DNA of 63,266 nt, counting the filler, from Choristocarpus tenellus KU-1152 (lineage: Eukaryota > Protista > Phaeophyceae), in assembly GCA_964200185.2 (NCBI GenBank). It is 14 parts of 14 records of this genome, joined end to end, with 100 filler letters (N's around TTAATTAATTAA, not from the genome) between each part and the next. Parts side by side here need not be neighbours in the genome. Positions count along the whole stretch, not along the records: positions 1 to 3,340 come from CAXNAD020020705.1; positions 3,441 to 6,487 come from CAXNAD020022712.1; positions 6,588 to 11,503 come from CAXNAD020012545.1; 11 more parts are not named here. The stretch is one strand, 5' to 3'. A model generated the notes under the pieces. It ran no database searches. It had not been told where the DNA came from and worked only from the letters and a program-made list of their open reading frames with translations. Below, in pieces: positions 1-10,698 of the stretch. Numbering within the stretch: the first letter of the stretch is position 1; each line of letters starts with the position of its first letter. The position numbers were made by a program, and so were the translations under genes.

Positions 1-50
1 CCCAACTCTTCCCTCTTTCCCCCCCTCCCCCTCTTTCGTTTTGTTTTTGT

Positions 51-100
51 CCAAATGGCCCCTCTGGTTTACCCCCCCCCCCCCCCAGATACTTTGGGTC
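51..100 (-). mobile_element. Terminus of poly-G MITE sister family (GACCCAAAGTATCT(G)n on minus)
   Basis: CCAAATGG...(C)n AGATACTTTGGGTC matches the TIR core (AAAGTATCT) and sub-TIR (CCAAATGG) of the 260-bp MITE. Same motif at 3441-3484, 21848-21871, 35038-35064 and 49106-49134. Confidence 0.55.
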
Positions 101-901
101 ACTACCTTTCTGATGACCTGCAGTGTGTTAGGAACAATCTGTTTTCCATGTGTAAGATAACAGTGTGCCCGTTTGGAGAATGTGTAGCACAGTAGACATC
201 AGGCGAGTCCGCGCTTTCCTTCTCAGCATCAGAGTGTCTCTTGTCCTTACTAGTCTCTCTCATGTAGATCTGATTGGCAACCGATAAAATGTAGTGGATT
301 CAAACTCTATGGAGCCCAGTCTAACCTTGAGACAATGGTGTTCCTACTCCAAAAACTGCTCCTGAGACCCAAGTTGAGCTGTTTCATTGCCAGTCGCCAG
401 ACTGAGGCAAGTAATCTTGCAGCTGTGTCTTCCATTTGCTAGAGGTAGAATTTATGACCTCCTGCTTATGCTTGGGAGATGCCACATTGCAACCTCTGTG
501 CCATCAGAAATGTTTGACGTTACCGCCGGAACGCTCAGACTTACCACCACCGCTTGTTTCCCCTCCCATATTATTGTTAGCAGTGTACCCCATCGCTGAG
601 AGTTCCAAATGCCTTAGGATGTCACTTGAGATCATGGTTACGTCCCCAGCACTCACGGCATAGTAGTTTCCTGGCTGGGTGTTCTGTCTTGCAGTGTCCA
701 GCATCTATACTTCAAAATAGTTTCACTCTCAATTGCTGAGATGAGATAAGAATTGCCTGGAAAGAAAAAATATGCAGTCGGTCGTCGAATATTCGAACCA
801 GGAAATGTGATTGGAAGGTGGATACGAAGGAAAATCTGGACAAGTTTGGCATCCAGAAACATGTTAGAAAAGTGGAGATGATATCTAGTTAAATAAAAAC
901 C

Positions 902-973
902 TACAATCGCGGGGATTCGAACCCCGGACATCTGCTTGGAAGGCAGATATGATTACCACTTCACCACGATTGT
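902..973 (-). tRNA. tRNA-Gly (anticodon TCC), 72 nt, intronless
   Basis: Minus strand reads ACAATCG TG GTGA AGTGGTAA TCAT A TCTGC CT TCC AA GCAGA TGTC CGGGG TTCGAAT CCCCG CGATTGT A. It has a perfect 7-bp acceptor stem, a D-loop TGG, 5-bp anticodon and T stems, discriminator A, and a downstream GGTTTTT Pol III terminator. Confidence 0.92.
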
Positions 974-1968
974 TTTCCTTACTACTGTCGCATCTCCATC
1001 GCTAATGAACTATGTAATTCTACTTTCCATACAAGTATGTTCCAACGATGTTACGTACACCCTTTGTCCTTTTGGTGAAGAGAGAAATATGATCCAATTT
1101 GGACAAAATTATACCCAACGACCCAAAATTGGTGTATCTACACAGCCCGACTGGACTGAGAAATTATTTTACACACTTGCTTTTCAATAGTTGACAGATC
1201 TGCGTAACTTTGTTGCCACTTTTGATATGCCAGTGTTGTGTGCAAATCAATCTATCAATCAATCAATCATGTCATTGATGGGACATGAAACCGTCACCTT
1301 TCAGACATTACCATACTTTGAAAACAGGTGGACTTTGTTGGTTGGTTCATTGGTCCGTTCCTCAGTTTGAGCATTACTTCGTTCTTGAAGAAATTTCTAG
1401 ATTGCCCTTCCTCTCGAACAGTTTGTACTGTTGCGCCTGCTCCATCTATTTATTTAGACCACTGTTCCACCGACTTAGTCAGTAGGAATGAAATCTGCCC
1501 ACCCAGCCCGTATTGTCCCTCCATGTTCTGAGCGTTGGCCTGAATGGCGACAACCAGACATGACACACCATCAGTTACATTGATCAACCACGAGTTCAGC
1601 TTGTTTAGTCAATCATTTGTACACTGTAAATCTATGTTCCAAAAAAAATCATTTCCATCATGCCTACCACACTGAGTTTAATTCAAAGTACACCCTAGGA
1701 TTCAACATTTACTTCCCGTACTGCAAATCATTGAATCTCAGCTTGCCTCACTCCCTCACTCCCTCACTCCATGCACATAACATGAGTAGGCTTTCTAGGG
1801 GTGGATGACCAAGGCGTGCCTGCCTACCCACTCTTATTTCTTGTGCCAATATATATATAATATATATATATATATTGCAAGTCTTCGTAGGCATTATTGT
1901 TCAGAAGAGTCCTGTAATGCAGCGTATAGAAAGAGTAATTTTCCTTACCTATATACTTTATCTATGCA

Positions 1969-1992
1969 AGGGTTAGGGTTAGGGTTAGGGTT
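1969..1992 (+). repeat. Interstitial telomere-type repeat (AGGGTT)4
   Basis: agggtt repeated four times. Confidence 0.8.
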
Positions 1993-2147
1993 GAGTTCGG
2001 AGGAGGTGGTGATGGTCTTCTGAGAGGTGTAGTGGGGGGAGGGGGGAGTCGCTGTGCGGTTTTGTTGGGTTTGGTTGTTTCGTCAATGGGAGATGAGGAC
2101 TGTTGTAAAGCTGCCAGTGCTTTACACGCACCCTAACCCAACGTTAT

Positions 2148-2190
2148 TAAAATATACCACCTTCAAATGATGACTTGAGCAATGTCCCAA

Positions 2191-2221
<31 letters not shown>

Positions 2222-2404
2222 ACATAGCCATTTTTTTTTTTTTTTTTTATTGTAAAAATTATATGTAGTCGATGTTTGGAGTTGTTGATTAAGTACGATC
2301 AAGACCGGCGGGGGTTNNNNNNNNNNGGGGGGGCTGTACACGCGCCCGACCCCAGCGTTTTTAAAATACCCCCCCCCCAAATTTTGACTTTAGCAATGTC
2401 CCCA

Positions 2405-2435
<31 letters not shown>

Positions 2436-2532
2436 ACATAGCCATTTTTTTTTTTTTTTTTAACGTGACAAAACTACATGCAGGCGATGCTTGGAGGTGA
2501 TGAATAAGTACGCTCAAGACCGGCGGGCGTTT
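2148..2532 (+). repeat. Diverged direct repeat of ~170 bp (2148-2316 and 2362-2532) containing (CT)n and poly-T
   Basis: Both copies share gacttgagcaatgtccc-(ct)n-ttacatagccat-(t)n ... taagtacgNtcaagaccggcggg. A 10-N gap lies between them. Confidence 0.7.
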
Positions 2533-3088
2533 GGGAGCCCCTTGAATCGTTTTGGGCAGGTAATTAATGAATGAATGACCCTTGACGAAACAAATGCCGT
2601 GAGCAGTCGCGCAGAGTCGAGCTTCATTTTTTTTTATTTTGACTAAACAAATGTTTTTTTGATTGCCGTGGCTACATCCACCTGCATCTATCTGTCTTGG
2701 TGAAAGCACCGCGTATGTTTTTTATTTCCCCCTGTACTACTTACTTGAATATGAGCCTGAATCTGCACAATAGGTAGCTCATCTGTTTTCTTGAATGGTT
2801 TTTTATTTTTTTATTTATTTGTCTGTCTTTCCTAGGGTTAGGGTTCGTACCTGCTCTAATATATATATATATATATATATATTGTATTTAACAAGAAAGT
2901 GTGTCATCCTCGGGTATGCCAAGCATTGCGAGGCTTTTTGGTGTTGCTACAATAATCAGTTCATTTATGTTTTTGAATGTGCTTCAAGGTTGCGTCCTCT
3001 GGGGGCAGAAATAAATTATGTATATATATATATATGTAGAAATGTGGTGAGGGCTAAACACATATTTTTTTGTCAGTTGTACCACATG

Positions 3089-3128
3089 CACACTCCAGAG
3101 CACACTCCAGAGCACACTCCAGAGCACA
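3089..3128 (+). repeat. 12-bp tandem repeat (CACACTCCAGAG) x~3
   Basis: Directly visible tandem copies. Confidence 0.8.
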
Positions 3129-3296
3129 GTATAGGTGACACCTGAATGTGAGCCCACCATTATGAAGGGGATTCTTCTATGCTCCATGGCACCCCCAAGC
3201 CAAAGCAATAGTTTAATTTTTATTTATCCTTCTAGCAACCCCCTCTCACAAGAACTGACAATAGAGTCGGAATGTATTCTCACCTCTACTTCACAC

Positions 3297-3340
<44 letters not shown>

Positions 3341-3440
3341 NNNNNNNNNNNNNNNNNNNNNNNNNNNNNNNNNNNNNNNNNNNNTTAATTAATTAANNNN
3401 NNNNNNNNNNNNNNNNNNNNNNNNNNNNNNNNNNNNNNNN
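3341..3440. other. Artificial contig-joining linker (44 N + TTAATTAATTAA + 44 N), first of 13
   Basis: Identical 100-bp structure with a six-frame stop palindrome also at 6488-6587, 11504-11603, 16346-16445, 19180-19279, 21872-21971, 28824-28923, 32276-32375, 34938-35037, 40378-40477, 45066-45165, 49202-49301 and 52279-52378. Genes and TEs are cut at these points. A separate 10-N gap lies at 2317-2326. Confidence 0.98.
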
Positions 3441-3485
3441 CCCCAGATGGACAGCCGCACCCCCCCCCCAGATACTTTGAGTCTA

Positions 3486-3840
3486 TCTTGCTCAAGACTC
3501 CCACTACCCACCACAATACCCATCCAAGATACCACTCACCACATATCTTGCTCAAGACTCCCACTACCTACCACAATCCCCGTTCAAGACCAATACCCAC
3601 CGCACATCCTGCTCAAGACTCCCACTACCCACCACAATCCCCGTCTAAGACCACCACCCACAACATATCTTGCCCAAGACCCCTACACACACACCATTGA
3701 ACCTGCCCAAGAGACCAACCCCTGCACATCACAGCAACAGCTCAAGACCCACCCCGACACATCACTGTGAACCTGCCCAAGACCAACCACAACACATCAC
3801 AGGACCTGCTCAAGACCCACCACTACCACATCACAGAAAC
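3486..3840 (+). repeat. C/A-rich minisatellite, ~60-bp unit built on a T/CCTGCTCAAGAC core
   Basis: tcttgctcaagactcccactacccaccacaat recurs at ~3486, 3546 and 3607, with degenerate copies to ~3840. Confidence 0.75.
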
Positions 3841-5345
3841 TGCTCTGATAGGCCCAGGTACGATTCCCACGCTAGTTGGGCGTATTCTTCTTGGGAAGCT
3901 ATGTCTCAGATGGGTGGGCCTTACGTGGAAGGGTTTCACATAAGAAGCATGAACATTACGAGTGCGTGTTTGCCTACCCAGCAGTTCGACTGTCATGCTA
4001 CTACTCTGATGTGAAATTTCCTTTACAGTCCACGGTCCCGTCCATCTTTCATGGACTAACTTTCTGCCTACTCTTGTCTCACCTAGGATTTCCCCATGGA
4101 TAGAGCTGTCTGCTTCTTTCACCAGAACTTAGGTCACCTGGTTTGGATCCGAGTCCTGGGGAAGACCTAGTAATCAAAGCATTGGCTCTCTCTCTGTATT
4201 TCTGTTGTGTAGACATCCGTCTCTCCTGGACTTCTCGTACTTCCCTGAAGTTCTTTCTGCGTTGCTCAATAAAGAAATCCAATCTTCCAGCCTCTATGTC
4301 CCCATCCAACTTGGTTATAACAGCGTCTAGCCATGTGCGGGGATCATGGTCAAACAAGACTCGGAAGGGGGTGGAGTTGAGGGGGTCAGATGGGTCTGGA
4401 GTAGTGCGTTGTGCCCAACATGCTGGAGATACATACTCATCCCATCTATCTGGCCACTTCACACATAGTTCCGACAAGACTTCTAAAAGCAGACCTCCCA
4501 TCTTTTCCACTCCTCCCTTGTCCTCTCGAGTTGCCAGCTGGTCTACAATTGATAGGGACCTTCAGCCAATGATAAAGGTGATTCATTTCGTCTCCTGTGA
4601 ACTCCCCTCCTGCATCACTACGAATTGACGGAGGGATCCCAGTGTAAGACATAATTCCAACACGTTTGAGCCAAAGTATCTTAGAGGGTAAAGTCGCGTC
4701 CATTTGGGGACCAAAATCCAATGTTGCAAGTTTGATGCCATTTTGGCTATCGTGTTTGTTAGGAGATGTCAACGCTGTTGTTCCTGATACTCCTTTTCAT
4801 AACGTATACATTTACCTACTCCGAAAATTTTTGGAGTAGGTAAGCTCTGTCATTAAAAACCAATGGGAAGCTGAGCCCCAAATGGACAAGCAGGGCAAAA
4901 TTCGCACCTTATATGATACTTTCACTCTTTGTTGCTACTCCAGTTGCTTCCTTTGACGCCTTTGGGAATGCAAAAGGGAATCTCGAAGCTCTATCACAAT
5001 TAATAGATACTTGTTGCCTTTTGCTGGGATGTGTCTCACATATTGTAGATCCATCTCGAGTACATCCCATGGTTCCAGGAACTTGGCTGGCAGCATTGCC
5101 ACTTGTGCGCTCCTAGTCCTCTTTCGTCTGCGACAGCCACAGGATAAAACATAATCCTGTGAGTCTTTGTGGAGTGAGGGCCAAAAGAAGTATCGACGGG
5201 TTAGGGCTACTGCGCGTCCAACTCCCTGGTGGCTAGTCTGCATGTGTATTAGTGCTATGATGTCTGACACTAGTGAACGAGGAACTGCTAGCCTAGGTGC
5301 ATACTCTCCGGGGGTGTACCAGAGTAACTCCTTATTATCTACTCT
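3840..5345 (-). mobile_element. Ty3/Gypsy retrotransposon integrase relic (frameshifted, interrupted by a MITE)
   Basis: Zinc-binding region HMQTSHQG..FFWPSLHKD..YVLSCGC; core WDVLEMDL, IRSDAGGEF, GxVEKMGG, WPDRWDEYVSPACW; C-terminal WTGPWTV (GPY/F-like). Spread over ORFs 4935-5270, 4446-4772, 4079-4510 and 3823-4122. Confidence 0.9.
4668..4927 (+). mobile_element. MITE family A, full-length copy (260 bp), TSD TTT
   Basis: Starts GAGCCAAAGTATCTTAGAGGGTA and ends GATACTTTCACTC, flanked by TTT at 4665-4667 and 4928-4930. It interrupts the Gypsy integrase between GVATK and LELCLT. Confidence 0.88.
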
Positions 5346-5349
5346 GCAA

Positions 5350-6447
5350 TAATAGTAAACTCAGTAGTGTCCAGGCAGGGCTACCAGTTGCAAAGGCGAT
5401 TGCTCTGAATACTCAGGATACAGAGAGGGTAGTTGCATTCTTTCAGTCACTAACTAAACCCCCCAAAGACCCTCAAAGAGCACAGGTCCTGCTTGCCACA
5501 ACTAGTTCTCAGACAAGGCATCCCCCAGAAGCAGACGTGACTGGCGACTGCCCGATAGAAGAGGAAGAAGACACCCCTTCAGATGAAGCCAAGGAGGTCT
5601 GGCATCAATCTGTGAGCCTTAGCGATGCCAATATGGGACAGCTGACACCAGGGCAGAAGAAACAGTTGGTGGAATTGTTGGAAGAATTTAGAAATTTAGG
5701 GGTATTCAGTGAAGATCACAAGCGAGTTCCCCCATGCTCTAGAGGAGTACTACACATCATACCACTATTAGATGAGAACTGTACACCCTACGCAGCGAAA
5801 CAAAGGCGCTTCTCTCCTGAAGAAATGCAGATGATTCAGGCCGAGGTTAAGCAGTTGCAGGAACGTGGTATCATTAGACCCTCCACCTCAGCGTGGACAG
5901 CAGCAGTGGTAGCAGTACGTAAGAAAGATGGGACCCTGAGGTTGTGCACAGACTATAGAATGCTTAATGATCTCTCGCGTAGTGATAGTGGATGTCTCGG
6001 GAACACTGCCAGCATCTTTGATAAGCTTAAGGGTTCTAGCTATTTTACTGCCATAGACCTAGCGTCGGGATTCTTTCAACTAGAAATCGCGCAGAGGTAG
6101 ACAAACATAAGACAGCCTTCCGTGACGCTCTTGGACAACTTTGGGATTATAACAGGTGTGGCTTTGGGTTGAAAATCTTACCTGCAGTATATTCTAGTTA
6201 CATGAGAGAGGCCTTAGGAGATATCAAAGGAAACGGTGTAGAAAACTGGCTAGATGATCTTTTTTGCTATGGCTCATCCTTTGATGAGCACATGACCAAA
6301 CTTCGCCTCCTTCTGACCAGACTCAAGCAATAGGGCCTGTCTGTGAACTTTCCCAAATCCTTGTGGTGCATGCCCTCACAAGAATTTGTAGGAATGAAGA
6401 TGGGCAGAGATGACTTGAGCCCTGCTCCATCAAAAATGATAGCAGTA
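5350..6447 (+). mobile_element. Ty3/Gypsy reverse transcriptase relic
   Basis: GIIRPSTSAWTAAVVAVRKKDGTLRLCTDYRMLN, FTAIDLASGFFQL; after a frameshift DKHKTAF..GFGLKILPA..NWLDD (YxDD equivalent); in-frame stop near 6331. Confidence 0.92.
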
Positions 6448-6487
6448 GAGCCAAAGTATCTTAGAGGGTAGAGCCGCGTCCATTTGG
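6448..6487 (+). mobile_element. MITE family A, left end truncated by the contig end
   Basis: GAGCCAAAGTATCTTAGAGGGTAGAGCCGCGTCCATTTGG. Confidence 0.85.
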
Positions 6488-9400
6488 NNNNNNNNNNNNN
6501 NNNNNNNNNNNNNNNNNNNNNNNNNNNNNNNTTAATTAATTAANNNNNNNNNNNNNNNNNNNNNNNNNNNNNNNNNNNNNNNNNNNNATAGTACGCTCCA
6601 TCCTCAATTTTTAAAATCCACTGTTATCTGCAAAATGTCAGAGGGCATAATAATAAAAAATCCCATGTGAACAACTCGGACATACGATATTGGTGGCTCA
6701 ACTCTCCTATAACGATACGATGTGACTTGTGCAATCATTACATCACGTCGGGGGAGCCATGCCACACGACATAAATAAATAAAAAACATGTGTGGCTCAC
6801 CTGAAGTCTCCATTTCTTTCCTGGTGGTAGACTTGAATCTTAAAAAAAAAATTTAGGATGGGATTTGTCATTTCATGATGATCAATAAATCAATTTCATG
6901 ACAACATGACATGATGTAATGAACAGTCACCTTTAGCACACAAGTGCTAATGTATTAATGTGTCCTGTGATACGGTCTCTTCACCACTGCATCTATCCAA
7001 TAATGCAAACGAGGAGAGTTGAGAGATAAAATTAATTACATTTTTAATTTATCTGACTCCACCAACATTTATGCATAGCCTATTTGCAAGGATTGACAAA
7101 AATGGTAAACACGAGATAGCAAGTCAAGAGCTGGTAGTGAACAGGTTAACGGATATCTGTTACAAGTTATCTCATCTCTTTACAAAACGATAAGGCTATA
7201 GCCATCTATGACAAAATGACACACAAACGATTTGTCTGAATTAGAGATGGACAACCTATGTAAAGGATTATAGTATGTGGGTAACACGAGATCTGGCCAA
7301 GAGACACTAGTGTTACAGGCGAATAGCGTGAGCATTTCTTCTCGTGTTTTAGCAAACATGAACAGTTGTGACAGGCGAATAGTGTGAGCATTGTTTCTTG
7401 CGTTATAACAAGTGCGAACAATATACGAGATTAGGAACACATAGGTAGCCTTACAGAATAAATGCTGGTTTCGTAGAAGATACAGAGTAAGATTCGTAAT
7501 GCATACGTAACATTACAGAAGAAAATGTCAAAGTTCCTAAGAAGTTGCTGAATAATTGTATCATTGGAGTACGTATAGAGCAGTTGCATAGAAGAAAGAC
7601 CAAAGAAATTGGGTGGATGATGAAAATAATAAGAGGGCTTTTGGTCAAAGTCCTTTACCTCTCTTAGCCAGTCTTTTTATCTTGAACGAAAACTTTGAGT
7701 CGAGCTTTGAGATAAGCACTGAGTGGAATATCAAGAGAGAAGGCTATCTGACACCCTACAAGCTGTTACCAAGGGCCACGTCCCCATAGCGTCGTTTTAA
7801 GTCGTTGGATTTGAGGTACACATCCTGTAGAGGTGAGTTCGGGGGCACGCTGTAACATGGAGGTCCTACCGCCTCTCTTCAAACTGGAGAGAATACTCCG
7901 TATTCACCTCAACACTTAGGATTATTTGTAGCTTCCTACGTCCGCCTGGATTCTTTTTCTTTTCCCACTTGGGTTTGTGATCTTCATTCGGCGTCTGCGG
8001 GGTTTATTTGTCTTGGCCTCTTCGTCTCCGTGGGTGTGATGGCATCTGTGGCTCCGAGGGAACCATCACCCTTCATTTTTGTACAACGAGTAGTCTCTGA
8101 CCGCCACATCATTCACCTATAGTCATAAAATGAGTGGTTTTTGACTGCCATTGCATAGACGTTGCCTAGGTAGTTCTTCCTCACCATTCGTACACTCATA
8201 TTCCCGATCTGTTTTTTGTGCGTCATGCTGTTCTTTTTATTTCACAGGTTCGACTGGGAATCAGTAATTCGGAGAGGTCCCTGCCCAGGGCCAGACTTTG
8301 CTAGAACTCTTGCAGCAGTCGTGACGACTCAACGTGCTCATGCATCGCGTCCACGCATCAATAACTTCATCCCTTTTCCACATCGAGCTCGTTGAAAACT
8401 CTTGTCTGACTTTCTTAAGACACACAGCGGTCCTTTCAGGTGCTTCATCTGCAATCGACGTCCCACGCATCAAAGGACAGTTCTTACAGGTCCGTTGAGA
8501 CGACGTTACGGCAACTGGGTGGGTCCATATTTCGGTGAGAGAATACACCCTTTTTGGATGGCCAGCCGAAAATCGTGGTAATAGTGCCCATGTGTTTTTT
8601 TTTTTAAGAGAGAGAAAGGTGTGACACGGAAGGCTGCGTCCATAGCCTAGTTTTCCACTATTGAGCGCATACGGTGGACTTGCGGATGCCTCATACTTAT
8701 GAAGTTCTTTTGGGGGGGGATATATAGGTGAAGATCAACTCATTGATTTGTAACAACGAGCCCAACTCTCTCCTACCCAAAGTCCTACCCAGATCAAATT
8801 TCCCCTTAATTACTTTCTAGATTAGAAACTAAATTCACCCACTAGGAATTTCGCAGAGTAATCATTTAACGGATTATTGATGATCTCAAGAAAGAGTTAT
8901 CCAATCGAAGCGGTCGATTTATCCCAGCCAATCAAAATGCTGAAAAAGCTTCATTGTAAAAGGAGAAGACTTACACCGGTTTGGGTAGATGGTAGATGCG
9001 CTCATTTGCTAGCATGTCACACCCTTCCGCTGCCTCAGTCGAAACCCCGATCGTCAGGCAGAAACAGGGACTATATCATCACAACAGGACTTCCATGCAG
9101 GAATAGGTATCAAGTCAAACTTCACTTTTACGCAGAGAGGTTGTCAACCGTGTACTGGCAGCCCTTGCACCGATGCTTCACCCTGTTTTAACCCAGAATT
9201 CCTCGCCCGCTGTGTGTGCAGCCTAAAATATACAACCTTCCTCCATTCCCAGAAAATATGGTACCTCGGTCTTTCCCAAAAAGCAAGGCATCAAAACCCG
9301 TTCGACCAGTCACATCCGTTCCCCAGCCTGTGCTTTGATCCCCACTTGCTCTACCCACAGACAAGGCGAGCAATAGAAGTCGGCACGATTCGGGAAAAGG

Positions 9401-9849
9401 CACACCGATTATGCTTTCATCATGCCTATAGTCAAGACTGCTCCATATCCATAACTGACGAGTGCAGGTGTATATAAAACGACTCGTTAGTTCCCAGGGG
9501 AATCCTCCCATACCTTTCGGGAACCCACCAAGGACCTCCGGGTACTCAATCCAATGCAGGGTCTCGTACGATGTTAGCCTTAATAGAAACGCATCTCGGA
9601 TACCTAGCAGCGATACAAGACTCGAAACTCCCTCGACTATTCGCGAGAAGCCCAACCGATTTGGACGCTGCAGAGTCGTCTTGAAGTTACACCATGGAGT
9701 CTGAGTATCCAGTCATGTCATTCCAACTATAGACATTTATACTCTCATTTCCACCTCGATAATATTCACCACAACACCGGCCTATGGTACTAGTCAAGTA
9801 TCGACATATGTCCTGCTATATCACCCACGCAGAGTCCACTCGAGAATGC

Positions 9850-10590
9850 TTGTCCAGGTACTCCTTGACACAGGTGCAGGTCTCATCTATTTATGTTAAA
9901 ATTGCTTACCACAGCTCAACATGGTAGGCAAAGGTACCTTAAATACAGCAAACCTCAGAGGGTGAAATATTCCACCGGTGCTAGTATTGAGGTCATACAA
10001 ACTTCCAATAGCGTTTTCCCCAGAGTAAAAAGTGTGCAATATGGTTTGTAGGATAATGGTGGGGCTGCCTTACGAAATTATTTTTAGGAGCAACATTTTG
10101 TAGACAACACTAGAGGGAACTGTCATTTAGAGAAGGTCAATGCTCCCAACCATCGCTACTGTCACCATGGGTGCATTTTGTCAAGATTCCAACACTCAGA
10201 TCGGGCAGTAACAATGTACCCTTGTCAGACCTTAGCAAATGGCATTGTAATACGAAGGAAAGTTCTATAGCTGTCAGACAAAGTAACAAAACAGAAGAAA
10301 CTAACAGCTTTACCTTACTACAGTTGGATGTTTATCATGCCTTCTTCTAGGAACTTCACAACCCTAACACAAGATTATGCCCAACTATGTTCCCACCCAA
10401 GAACAACTCTTGCCCCGATAGGATGTGTTACATCTCTTCCCTATTGGTACTAGTGTCAAATATTGTGGAAGGATGAAAGTGGAAGAGACAGATGGGGCAC
10501 AGGGTCCAGTTTTTGAGTTCAAGTCACTCTACTGGAGGGTACGGCTGAAGAATCGAGGTAAGGAGGAATCCAGCAGTAGACAAGTGCCTC
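9850..10590 (+). mobile_element. Decayed Ty3/Gypsy pol: aspartic protease followed closely by a C-terminal chromo-like/Tudor-like module (RT/RH/IN absent)
   Basis: VQVLLDTGAG at 9852 and GLPYEIIF at ~10060 (protease); SFTLLQLDVYHAF at ~10305-10345; LFPIGTSVK..GPVFEFKSLYWRVR..EE at 10435-10570. Upstream ~9000-9800 is probably a gag relic. Confidence 0.6.
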
Positions 10591-10698
10591 CTCCAAGATA
10601 CCTCCCAGCCGGTTACAACTGTATGCCTGAAGGACAAGGTGAGCTTCAGCCGGTACATGCTAGAACAAGAAGATTAAAGCAGTGAAAATCATAGAAGC

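Noticed and set aside
250-480. Tc1/IS630 transposase relic (LDWAP*SLNPL on minus)
   Set aside because: A single weak motif with stops, no TIR and no convincing DDE spacing.
1969-1992. Chromosome end
   Set aside because: Only four TTAGGG units, located mid-contig. Short CCCTAA/TTAGGG runs are scattered through introns elsewhere.
3385-3396. Recurring TTAATTAATTAA palindrome as a biological repeat or CRISPR-like array
   Set aside because: It is always centred in exactly 44+44 N, so it is an artificial six-frame stop linker.
3486-3840. CRISPR-like array (~60-bp periodicity)
   Set aside because: The intervening sequences are similar to each other, the repeats are degenerate, there are no cas genes, and the context is eukaryotic. 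It is a minisatellite.
8261-8548. Fanzor/TnpB-like C-terminus (TSSQRTCKNC ... WKRD)
   Set aside because: TS-to-CxxC spacing is wrong, there is no RuvC-II Glu, no second CxxC and no NAA-N motif, and no upstream RuvC-I region. It is more likely another decayed TE (possibly hAT-like) that I cannot call.
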